46,784 nt of DNA from an uncultured Flavobacteriales bacterium (GTDB taxonomy: Bacteria; Bacteroidota; Bacteroidia; Flavobacteriales; UBA7312). Below are positions 28,005 through 38,400 of this stretch, piece after piece. Where the stretch lies: positions 1 to 46,784 of the forward strand of contig CAXGIQ010000001.1 in assembly GCA_964009845.1 (NCBI GenBank), in the 5' to 3' direction. The translations under genes and the position numbers were made by a program. Positions within the stretch are counted from its first letter, which is position 1. Every line of letters begins with the position of its first letter. The notes beneath the pieces are model-generated. The model saw only the letters and a list, made by a program, of their open reading frames with translations. It was not told the DNA's origin and ran no database searches.

Positions 28005-28619
28005 ATGCTACAACTCATTAAATCGCCTAAGATTTTGCAGCGTCTCTTTGCTGATTTCCTTTGGAAAATAGAAAGCGATGAAAAAGTGATTTACCTCACT
28101 TTTGATGATGGACCTCACCCTGTTATAACTCCATGGATAATTGACTTAATGAATCAATACGATGCTAAGGGCACTTTTTTTCTAATTGGTGATGCTGTTA
28201 GCAGACATCCAGATTTGTATCAACTGTATAAAGCTAATGGACACCAAGTAGGAAACCACACTTATAAACATATAAAAGGGTGGCAAAGTCGAAAAAAAAA
28301 TTACCTGAAAGAAATCGCTCAATGCGCTGAGTTTGTTGAAAGTTCTTTGTTCCGCCCTCCATACGGACAAATAAACCTACAAGCCTTACGAGAAATAAAA
28401 AAACAATATAAGATTGTTATGTGGGATGTTCTATCATGGGACTTTGACACTGAAACTTCTTCAGAAATTTGTCTATCAAACGTCATCAATTATTCAAAAG
28501 AAGGGTCTATTGTTGTTTTTCACGAAAATGAAAAGTCGATGAAGAACATCATGTATGCGCTACCAAAAGTATTGGAGCATTTTACTAAGCTAGGCTATCT
28601 GTTTAAAGCTATTTCCTAA
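28005..28619 (+). CDS. polysaccharide deacetylase family protein (NodB homology domain)
   Basis: 204 aa. Motifs TFDDGP, HTYKH (His-His metal site) and RPPYG. Starts 12 nt after the DUF2723 gene. Confidence 0.85.
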   Translation: MLQLIKSPKILQRLFADFLWKIESDEKVIYLTFDDGPHPVITPWIIDLMNQYDAKGTFFLIGDAVSRHPDLYQLYKANGHQVGNHTYKHIKGWQSRKKNYLKEIAQCAEFVESSLFRPPYGQINLQALREIKKQYKIVMWDVLSWDFDTETSSEICLSNVINYSKEGSIVVFHENEKSMKNIMYALPKVLEHFTKLGYLFKAIS

Positions 28620-28894
28620 TGATAAAGTTCTGAATTAAGTTCAATCCAACCCCCACCATTCCAAACTTCTACAACACCTTGTTTACGCAAATAATGCATC
28701 ACTTGCTCTGACCTATTACCAGAACGGCAAAAAACTACTAAAGGTTCCATTTTTCTTAATTCATCTATCCTGGCAACTACTTCATTCATTGGAATGTTAA
28801 TAGCGCCAACAACACTTCCTCCTTGAAACTCAAGTGGTGTACGTACATCTACCAAAGTCACTTGTTTGGTTTCGCAAATTTCTTTTATACTCAT
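28616..28894 (-). CDS. single-domain rhodanese (sulfurtransferase)
   Basis: 92 aa with active-site loop FCRSGNRS. Its start overlaps the stop of the upstream MBL-rhodanese gene (ATGA). Confidence 0.85.
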   Translation of the reverse strand: MSIKEICETKQVTLVDVRTPLEFQGGSVVGAINIPMNEVVARIDELRKMEPLVVFCRSGNRSEQVMHYLRKQGVVEVWNGGGWIELNSELYH

Positions 28895-30282
28895 GAGTCA
28901 GAACAACTTTGACCTTCTACTATTTGAATATCGAACTGCTTCAGCTTACCAAACCCACCTTGTATATTGGTGATTTTTGAAAATCCCTCTTTTTGTAAAA
29001 AGGAAGCCGCTATCATTGAGCGATAACCTCCTGCACAATAAATAGCAATAGACGCATCTTTTTCAAGCTCACTAAATCTGCTAGGTAATTCTTGTAGTCT
29101 GATGTGTTGCGAACCGCACACATGTGCTGCTTCTACTTCTACAGGCTTTCGCACATCTAAAATCAGTTTAGATTGATTTTTAATGAGCTCAACCCCTTCT
29201 TCTGTACTAACATCATGAATTGTTGAATACTCTCCTACCCAAGCGTTTATTCCTCCGTCTAAAAATCCCGCAACATAATCGTAACCAACTCTAGCCAGTC
29301 GAACAATAGCTTCTTTCTCTTTTCCTTGATCGGCAACTAGCACAATCTTAGCATCTGTTGGGATAATTGCTCCTACCCATGGAGCGTATTGTCCATTTAA
29401 TCCAATATTAACCGCTGATTTCACATGTCTCACTGCAAAATCTCCTGGTTTCCTGGTATCCAGAATAAACGCCCCGGCCGCTATTTCTTTTGCAAATTCC
29501 TGATAACTTAATGCTTTATGATTCGTTTCTACTACCACAACAATAGATTCGTAGCCATTTTTATTCATCATTGCATCCTTAAAGAAATAAGGAGGAGGAG
29601 CTAAAAGACCATCCGTCACTTCTTGAATAAAATCTTCTTTACTCATTGGTTGAAGCGCGTAGTTAGTTGCTTTTTGTTCTCCTATTGTAGAAGTCGTTTC
29701 AGAACCTAGATTTTTCCCACAAGAAGAGCCTGCTCCGTGCGCTGGATAAACAATCACATGATCTGGCAATTTCATCAATTTGTTTCGCAATGAATCATAC
29801 ATAAAACCTGCTAAATCATCTTGTGTTATTTCCCCTGATTTTACAGCTAAATCAGGCCTTCCAACATCTCCTATAAAAAGGGTGTCTCCTGTAAACACAC
29901 CATGTTGATTTCCTTCACTGTCTTTTAATAAATAACATGAGGACTCCATAGTATGACCTGGTGTGTGCAAGAGAGTCAGACTGACATCTCCAATATTAAA
30001 AACCTCTCCATCAGTCCCATTATAAATATCATACCCTGCTTCCGCATTAGGCCCAAAAACAATAGTTGCCCCTGTTTGTTTAGCTAAATCAATATGACCA
30101 GAAACAAAATCTGCATGAAAATGCGTTTCAAAGACATACTTAATTTTTGCAGCTCTTTCTTTTGCCATTTGAATATATGGCTCCACCTCCCTTATCGGAT
30201 CGATAATAGCTACCTCTCCATTGGACTCTATATAATAAGCCGCCTCAGCTAAACACTTGGTATAAATTTGCTCTACAAACAT
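28891..30282 (-). CDS. MBL-fold persulfide-dioxygenase-like domain fused to two rhodanese homology domains (CstB-like architecture)
   Basis: 463 aa. Metallo-beta-lactamase motif THFHADFVSGH and HTPGHT. The middle rhodanese-like domain lacks the catalytic Cys (VLVADQGKE). The C-terminal rhodanese has the loop YCAGGYRS. Confidence 0.8.
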   Translation of the reverse strand: MFVEQIYTKCLAEAAYYIESNGEVAIIDPIREVEPYIQMAKERAAKIKYVFETHFHADFVSGHIDLAKQTGATIVFGPNAEAGYDIYNGTDGEVFNIGDVSLTLLHTPGHTMESSCYLLKDSEGNQHGVFTGDTLFIGDVGRPDLAVKSGEITQDDLAGFMYDSLRNKLMKLPDHVIVYPAHGAGSSCGKNLGSETTSTIGEQKATNYALQPMSKEDFIQEVTDGLLAPPPYFFKDAMMNKNGYESIVVVVETNHKALSYQEFAKEIAAGAFILDTRKPGDFAVRHVKSAVNIGLNGQYAPWVGAIIPTDAKIVLVADQGKEKEAIVRLARVGYDYVAGFLDGGINAWVGEYSTIHDVSTEEGVELIKNQSKLILDVRKPVEVEAAHVCGSQHIRLQELPSRFSELEKDASIAIYCAGGYRSMIAASFLQKEGFSKITNIQGGFGKLKQFDIQIVEGQSCSDS

Positions 30283-30321
30283 ATCAACGAATATATTCTA
30301 TCTATTTAAATTTCTTTTCTA

Positions 30322-31089
30322 TTAAATAATAAAAAATTCTTTCACCATAATAACTACTGCCATCAGCAATACAAATACCCCGAATGATTTCTTAAGTTTT
30401 TGACCATCAAAAAATCTACCTAAATAAACACCTACAAATATTCCTATCACAGCAAGAGCTGTAAAAGATAGAAGCAGTTGCCAATCTATTTCGGAACCCC
30501 ATTCACCTAAAAATCCAAAAAGTGATTTCACTGCAATAATCATAAGTGAAGTCCCTATGGCCTTTTTCATTTCTAAGAAAGACAACAATACTAATGCGGG
30601 AATAATCAAAAATCCTCCACCAGCTCCTACCATTCCTGTTATCAGCCCTACCAATAATCCGTCAATAATAATTTTGACTTGCTGTATATCTTTAGTTTGT
30701 TTTGATACAGATTTTTTATACAGCATGGAGAAGGACGCCAAAAGCATTATTAACGCAAAAAACAACATTAGAAAAATGTCTTTTGTCAACACATAGTCTC
30801 CCACAACAAAAAGTTCAAGTGGAATATTAGGAAGGACCCATCTTCTACTTGCAAACACCCCGATAAAAGATGGGATAGCAAACATGATTCCTATTTTGAA
30901 ATCAATATTTCCTAATTTATAGTGTTTATGAGCACCAATTAAAGAAGCAATTCCTACTACAAACAAAGAATATGCAGTCGCTGGTACTGGGTCAACATCT
31001 AGAACATATACCAATATAGGAACAGCTAAAATAGAGCCTCCACCTCCTATAAAGCCTAAAATCAACCCGATTAGAATTGCTAATAACAT
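30322..31089 (-). CDS. TauE/SafE family sulfite/organosulfur anion exporter
   Basis: 255 aa, about 8 TM helices. Internally duplicated G(G/A)GGG(S/F)(I/L) motifs (GFIGGGGSILAVP, GMVGAGGGFLIIP) are typical of the family. Confidence 0.85.
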   Translation of the reverse strand: MLLAILIGLILGFIGGGGSILAVPILVYVLDVDPVPATAYSLFVVGIASLIGAHKHYKLGNIDFKIGIMFAIPSFIGVFASRRWVLPNIPLELFVVGDYVLTKDIFLMLFFALIMLLASFSMLYKKSVSKQTKDIQQVKIIIDGLLVGLITGMVGAGGGFLIIPALVLLSFLEMKKAIGTSLMIIAVKSLFGFLGEWGSEIDWQLLLSFTALAVIGIFVGVYLGRFFDGQKLKKSFGVFVLLMAVVIMVKEFFII

Positions 31090-31093
31090 ACTG

Positions 31094-31101
31094 CAAAGCT
31101 A
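31094..31101 (-). promoter_or_regulatory. candidate -7 box (TAGCTTTG) for the TauE-MBL-rhodanese operon
   Basis: The minus strand reads TAGCTTTG-cagt-ATG. The imperfect palindrome AGAGAACAAGTTGTTTTCTCT (31110-31130) sits where a -33 element would be. Confidence 0.3.
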
Positions 31102-31541
31102 CTGAATAAAGAGAACAAGTTGTTTTCTCTAGAATATTAAGGTTTTTTTAGGCTGTGAAATTTAAATGAAGAATAAGAACTATTGAAAAATGGATTATAT
31201 TAGTAACGAAATTGTTGTGAATACATACCTCAAATCGTGGAGGTTTCGCAGTAGTTCTTCATAGTACTTTTTTAGTTTGTCTCCTCCCCTCCAAGGGGAG
31301 GGATGGCCGACTAAAGGAAACTTAAAAAGCCAACATAATAATCGCTAAATTATTAGTCATTTTAATTTTTACTTATTCTTTCTATCAAGGGGGATAAAAA
31401 ACATCCGCATAAGAACACTTAACACTCCCTTGTTGATAAAAACAATGTGTTTATAACCAAACCCTCAAGCAATCGCTTAAATTTGTAGTACCGTAACACT
31501 TGTTTATTATAGTACTTGAAAAAGGTACATTAGTAGAGAAA

Positions 31542-31571
31542 AGAGAAGCTTGCTATTCAGTGAGCTTCTCT
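31542..31571 (-). terminator. rho-independent terminator of the adhesin-PorP/SprF operon
   Basis: AGAGAAGCT-(12-nt loop)-AGCTTCTCT starts immediately after the PorP/SprF stop codon. It is followed on the minus strand by TTTCTCT. Confidence 0.55.
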
Positions 31572-32468
31572 TTATTTAAAGAACCTATAGCCTAGCTTAA
31601 ACTCATTTGTTCCAGAACTAACCGCTGACAGTCCAGAGGTAAGGAAATCATGACCATAAGCCACATAAAGCTGATCGTTCACATCGTATCCTAGATAAAT
31701 TGTTGCTGCATCTTGAAGTCTATATGAAACAGCTGTCCAAAACATCTTTTTATAAGATGTTTTACAAGTTATTTCAAATTGAGGACTTGCTGGAGAAACC
31801 ATTTTTATTAATAACGAAGGCTCTAATGTGAAATCTGAGTTTAAATCATGCTCATAGCCCCCTGAAACATAATAATGACTAACTAAACCTCCAGTTAACA
31901 ATTCTTCATCTGTATAATCATCTCTTAGATTAAAACTACTATTTAACAACTGAGGAACAGCTAAGCTAAAATGGAATTTGTTTGAGTACAAATACACTCC
32001 AAATGAAGCATTTGGCACGGCATTAGTTATTCCTGGCGCATTAAAAACAGGGTCATTATCATCATATGGATTAATGGATGTGTTATCAAGCTTATACTGT
32101 AATAAACCAGCGGACAACCCTAAAGATAAACTCATATCCCCCTTTAATCGCAAATTATAAGAATATGACATAGAAAACCCAGATCGACTTTCTGCCCCTA
32201 GCTTATCACTATACACTATCCCTCCAAGTGACATGTTATCATTCCTCATTGGCCCAAACACACTAATAGCGTTTGTTTTTGGCGCTTCTTGCACACCAAC
32301 CCATTGATTTCTAATATTAGCTGACATTTGTGTATAACCATCAACACCTGCTATAGCCGGATTATATATATAGGTATTTAATTGATAGTTTGTAAACTGT
32401 GGCATTTGTTGTCCAACAGCCACATTGCTTAACAATATAATTGTTAATAGAATTAGATTTCTTTTCAT
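31572..32468 (-). CDS. PorP/SprF family type IX secretion system outer-membrane protein
   Basis: 298 aa. Signal peptide, then the family-typical N-terminus QQMPQFTNYQLNTYIYNPAIAG, beta-barrel-like alternating pattern, C-terminal ...FKLGYRFFK. Located 3 nt downstream of a type-B CTD cargo gene. Confidence 0.9.
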   Translation of the reverse strand: MKRNLILLTIILLSNVAVGQQMPQFTNYQLNTYIYNPAIAGVDGYTQMSANIRNQWVGVQEAPKTNAISVFGPMRNDNMSLGGIVYSDKLGAESRSGFSMSYSYNLRLKGDMSLSLGLSAGLLQYKLDNTSINPYDDNDPVFNAPGITNAVPNASFGVYLYSNKFHFSLAVPQLLNSSFNLRDDYTDEELLTGGLVSHYYVSGGYEHDLNSDFTLEPSLLIKMVSPASPQFEITCKTSYKKMFWTAVSYRLQDAATIYLGYDVNDQLYVAYGHDFLTSGLSAVSSGTNEFKLGYRFFK

Positions 32469-32471
32469 GTT

Positions 32472-35400
32472 TTATCTAACAATGGTCACAGGACCTGTTA
32501 ATGGATCTTTGTCTTCAGAGTTAAATGTTATCACATAGTAATATGTTCCAACTGGCATATCTTTTCCGTTATGCGTTCCATCCCAATTTGCAATCATAGG
32601 AGATTGTGAAGACCACAACAACATCCCCCATCTATTAAATACTTCTAATTTCAAATCACCGAACTGATTTAAGTAACTAACTTCCCACGTGTCATTAAAA
32701 CCATCTCCATTAGGAGAAAACCCTTCATTCATACCCACAAAAACACGAATACTATCTACACCAACACACATATTAGATTCATCTAGAATGGCAGCATAAT
32801 ACATAGTGGTTCTTAAAGGTGTAACCTCAACACTACTTTGCAAAATTGTATCTGGAGTTAACCAAGCAACAGCCGTGCCAGTTGTCGCTTCAAGCGTCAC
32901 AGACTCTCCGACAATTATTCCATTGTCGATTCCAGCATCCACTATTGGGTAGTTTACATTAACTGCTATCTCATCAGAAAAAGTACAACCATCAGCCGTT
33001 ACCACATCTACGGTAACTATTGTAGAAACAGTAGCATCAAACTGAACTGTTGACTCTGAAGAATACTCACCCATTACATTCCAAACATACGATTGATAAT
33101 TGACTGGAATAGCTGCGTTTAAATCAACAGGTGTCCCCTCGCAAACAGTAATACTTGCATTATAGTTGAAAATGTGAGCAGGATGTACTTCTACATCTTC
33201 AATTATAAATTCACATCCATTATCATCCGTCACTGTAATCATTACTAAAGTGTCATTACCTTCGTTTATTGGATCAAAATCAATTTGTAAATTTTGAGAA
33301 GATGAATTCTGTGTTATAAAGTCGTTTTGATACATATAAGAATACGGAGCAACGCCTCCCTGAGCATCAACTATTATTGTTGCATCCTCACCCGTACAAT
33401 CTTCATCAACAACATCAGTTATAACTGCTGTTAATGCAGTAGGTTCAAAAATCTCGTATGTAAAGGATCCTTCACAACCATTACTATCCTCTACTGTTAC
33501 ATTATACACTCCTGCTTCTAATGAATTAGGATTTTCACCTTGCCAATCAACAGTATTATAAGGCGTAACACCTCCTACAATCGATGAATTCGGAATAATC
33601 GCTGTTCCATTTGCTTCTCCATAACACTGTACATTTGTAGTGTTTACATTAATTATTTGAACAGGTGTAAGTGGCTGTCCAACTGTTGTAAACGTGTAAT
33701 TTTCACAACCTAATGCATCTGTAATAGTAACATGATATGTCCCTGCGGACACATTGTTTAAGTTTGCTTGAGTACTAGAGTAAGAGTCTGGCCCCTCCCA
33801 ATTATAAGTGTAAGGAGCTGTTCCTCCAACAATTGTTAAGTCTATAGTTCCTGAGTTTTCATCAAAACAAAGGGCATCTGAAGCTATAATATCATCAATA
33901 GACACATAACTCTCAGGGCCGTCAACATAAACAGAATCAACTATTAAACAACCATTAGCATCATAAATAATATCAACATACCATTGACCCGCTGCCAATC
34001 CTGTAGCTTCTTGTGTTATTTGCCCAAGTGGATCACTCCATAAATGAGAATAAGGCAACCAACCACCTGTTGGATTTAAATCAGCTATTCCATCTGGAAT
34101 TCCAAAACAATTTACAGAAACTGTATCTGGTCCAAGGGTTTTAAACACTTCTGAATCATCTATAACAATACTGCCAGAAGCTAAACACTCATTAACATCC
34201 GAAACAGTTACAAAGTACTCTCCCATCACAAGGTTTTGCGCTTGTTGAGTTAACGATATAGTATCACTTGCAGAGTTTGTCCATATATAATTATAAAATC
34301 CACTAACACCTCCAAAAGGGACAGCTGTTGCTTGACCCTCCCCTTCTCCTTCGCACCTGATATGTATAACATCCTCAAAAGACACCATTACTTCAGTTGG
34401 AGAAAAAATAGTGACAGAGGTAGATGTGTTACATCCATTTTCATCTGATATATAGACATCGTAATCTCCTGCACCTAAACCTCCAATAATACTTAATGAT
34501 GGGGTAGTACTTGAACTTAACAATTCTCCAAGATGATACCAATCAAATGTATATAAGCCGGTTCCCCCAGCACCAACAGCTTGTAAAACTCCGTCTTCTG
34601 AAGCAAAACAAGAAATTTGTTGATTGTTAAAAGATGACGTTACCTCTGCAGAAACGCCAATAAGTTGTGGCTCTCCAATTACTACTGGAGAATGCAGTGT
34701 AAAACATCCATTATCATCCGTAACTTCGACTTGATAAGATCCAGGAGCTAAATTATACACTGTTTGTGATAATCCTGACAAGTTAGACGGAAAAAGATTA
34801 GTTCCATTTGGCAGTTGCCACACAAAAGAATATTCTCCATTTAAAGAGGTTCCTCCTGTAGCATTAACAGTTGCTGATCCATCTGTATCTCCAAAACAAC
34901 TTACATCTATTGTTGAAGAGGTGGCTACGACAGGAGATGGCTCCAATACTTCAATATCTGTAATCACATCAGAACAATCTAAAGAATCTCTAACAGTTAT
35001 AGTATGAAGACCTGCTGTAAGATTTGTAAACACAGTGTTATAATACCAGTTATTTCCTCCATCTATACTATATTGGTATAAAGGATTCCCTCCTGATGTA
35101 TTTACTGATATTTGACCTTGAGCATCACCAAAACAATCATTATGGATAACATCTACCACTGATAAATTAGGACTACTTAATTCAAACACCTCTACGCTAT
35201 CGTAAGTTGTACAGCCATTATAATCTATAATATGTGAATAATATGTTCCGGATGTCAAAAAGTCAACCGTTGATAAAATATTGTTTGGATTTGGTGTAAG
35301 GCCATCACTCAAAAGAACTGGCAACGTTCCATCTTCATCATATGTCCAATTATAAATATAAGGAGAAGTTCCGCCAACAACTTCTGTTGTTGCTATTCCA

Positions 35401-38400
35401 TCCCACTGCACACATGACTCTGGAGTAGAATAAATACTATTTATTTCCAGCAAATCTGGTTCGCTCACATAAAAAGAGTTATTCAACGAGACACAACCAT
35501 TTTCGTCAACAATATCATAATAATACACCCCTTCAGAAAGACCATAAATTCTAAACGAATCTGCACTTAACTGAATAAAATTACTAAATGGAGTAATGTT
35601 AGCAAATGAAAAATCTGCTGTTCCTCCTGAAATAACAATATCAGCATTACCATTATCCTCTCCATGGCATAAAGGTGAATTGGTAAATGCTTGAGCTGTT
35701 AAAACAGCTGGTTCTAAAATTTCATGTTGAATATTTTCAATACATCCATTAGAGTCAACAATTGCTATATCATAAACTCCTGCAGACAATCCGTACAGAG
35801 AATTGGTGATTAGCTGTTCAGAAAAATCAGGATCATTTACAAAAGCCCAATAAAAACCTCCTTCGAATGGAGTTCCTCCTACTGTATTAAAGTGAATTTC
35901 TCCATCTAAATCTCCATTACAACTTAACATAAATGTAGTAGGGACAAACTCTATTGAAGTTTCTAACTCCTCTGGCTCATTCACCACAATAGGAGCTGTA
36001 TTGGTTACAACACATCCTTCAGCATCCATCACGGCTAATCCATAAGAACCAGCTACAACATTTTCTAATACAGAATCTAATTCAACAACCTCACTTCCAT
36101 TCGGCAAATCCCATGTGTATGTAAAAGGAGGAATACCAAACTCGACATCAACTATAATTGAACCTGTTCCAGTACTAAAACATATTGCATCTTGAACTTG
36201 TACATCTCGAATTTGTGGAACTCCTACTGCTGGCACAATCACCGACGTCTCGTACATACATCCTAAGTCATCCGTAACAGTTAAAAAATAGGGAAATCCG
36301 CCAGCTAAATCATTAATTTGACTTGTTGTTTCACCATTTGACCAAAGATATGTATATGGGGAAACACCTCCTGAAACGTTTGCCGTTATTTGACCATTAT
36401 CATTTCCACATGTCTCAGATACTACATCAAAAATCTCGCTTATTGGGTCATTTTGAAGAATTTCAGCATCACCTGTATATAGACAATTATTTACATCTGT
36501 TATATCAAAGTTATATAGACCTGTCTGTAAACTAGAAATACTAAAATCATATCCCACAGAAACAACAACTCCATTATTAGATTGCCAATTCAAGCTGTAT
36601 GGTTTATTCCCCCCCTCAACATCTAGATAAAGTTGTCCTGTTGAGTCTCCAGCACACTCAATAATAGTGACTGCTTCTGAAACAGCAATTTGAGCAGGCT
36701 GCTCTATAAGGTATTCAAAAGGAAGGAATGGGCAATCAAATTGGTCTGTAACATCAACAGTATAAGTGCCTGCTTCTAAAAAGTTTAAACTAAATCCATT
36801 ACCTACAAATCCATTTGGACCAATCCAATCAATGGTATATGGAGAATTACCGCCAAACACTGTTAATTCTAAAGATCCATCAAATCCGTTAAAACAACTT
36901 ACACTATCTAAGATTGCTTGAGTTAAAATTGGTGCTGGTGCGACTGGATTAAATTCAAAAGATGAAACACATCCATCCGAATCAATGACATCAAGAAAAT
37001 ATCCTCCAGCAATTAATCCATTTATATCTTGTAATAAAGAAGTGAATCCATTGGGACCTGTCCAAGAGTATTGATAAATACCAGTTCCTCCAAACGGCTC
37101 AATTGCCACTGAAGCGTCTGCAAAACCTGCACAAGACACATCAACGACCACTTCATCATTTAAAACTATCTCTGTTGGCTCTGAAACTTCAGCGTCTACA
37201 CTACCCACACATCCATTTGCATCTTGAACCTGTATAGTATATTGGTTTGCTGATAAATTAACAAACAAACCTCCTGGTTGTGATGTAGCAAAATTATCCA
37301 CAGTATATGCATAACCTCCTACTCCTCCTGCTGCTGAAACTTCAATAACACCATTTGCTACTCCAAAACAGGATGCGGGCTCAACCTGATTAATGTTGAG
37401 TTCAATTCCTAATAATTCGGTTATCGTAATAGTTGTGTCAATGGTGCAACCCAGTGCGTCAGAAATATTGACAGTATAATCTCCTGCTAGCAAGTTTGAG
37501 AAAAAGCCGCTCGGTTCTGTTGGAACACCTAACCCGTATAGATAAGGCCCAACACCTCCATTTGCAAGGAGCTCAAATGAACCGAGGTTACCAGCACACA
37601 ATATATTTTGATGTGATAATTCAAAAATGCTTAATTCTGAGTTTTCTACCAATTCTACCGAAATAACATCTGTACATTCTCCTGTAGCATCTGTCACCAA
37701 AATATCATGAGTTCCGGCAGGAAGATCTGTAAAAATACCACTAGCTTGCGCATCTCCTCCATTTATAGAGAATAAATATGGTTCAGTTCCTCCAGTAGCT
37801 ATAACAGTAATTTGACCTGTGGATTCCCCGTTACAATTAATATTTAATCTAGAAGCTACATCCTCAAATAATTGCAATGAGTCTGAAGGTTCAGTAATTG
37901 TAAATTCTTGAAATTCTTGACAATCGTTATCATTTGAAATCAAAACAGAATATGTCCCTGCTGGTTGACCTGATAAATCTTGATTTCCTGACACAAAAGT
38001 TCCATTTACGTCAAACCACTTATATGTAAACGGGACTGCATCTCCTCCTACATCAATATTGACACCCCCACTAGATTCAGTAAAACAATCCACATTGGTT
38101 ATTTGCGACCAAAAGATAAATACAGAATCAATATCTCCCTCTGGATCTAAGACGTACCCAACAGAGTCTGTTATTTCCTGTGAACATAATGTGTTTGTTG
38201 TAACAATCGCATAGTATGTTCCAACTTCTAAGCTATCTAAGATTGAAGATGCTGACATATCCCCAACTGACCCTACTGTCTCTGAAAAAATAGGAGAAGA
38301 TCCTACTAAAGGATTATCATCATACCATTCAAAAAGGTAGGGCCCTCCTCCTCCATTAACCGCTGTAAAAGTAATATCACCATCACTAGCTCCAAAACAT

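Noticed and set aside
31414-31501. Three copies of the heptamer AACACT(T/C): a tandem pair at 31414-31427 and a third at 31495-31501.
   Set aside because: A 7-mer is expected several times by chance in 46.8 kb. Spacing is irregular, and there is no supporting symmetry or partner regulator.
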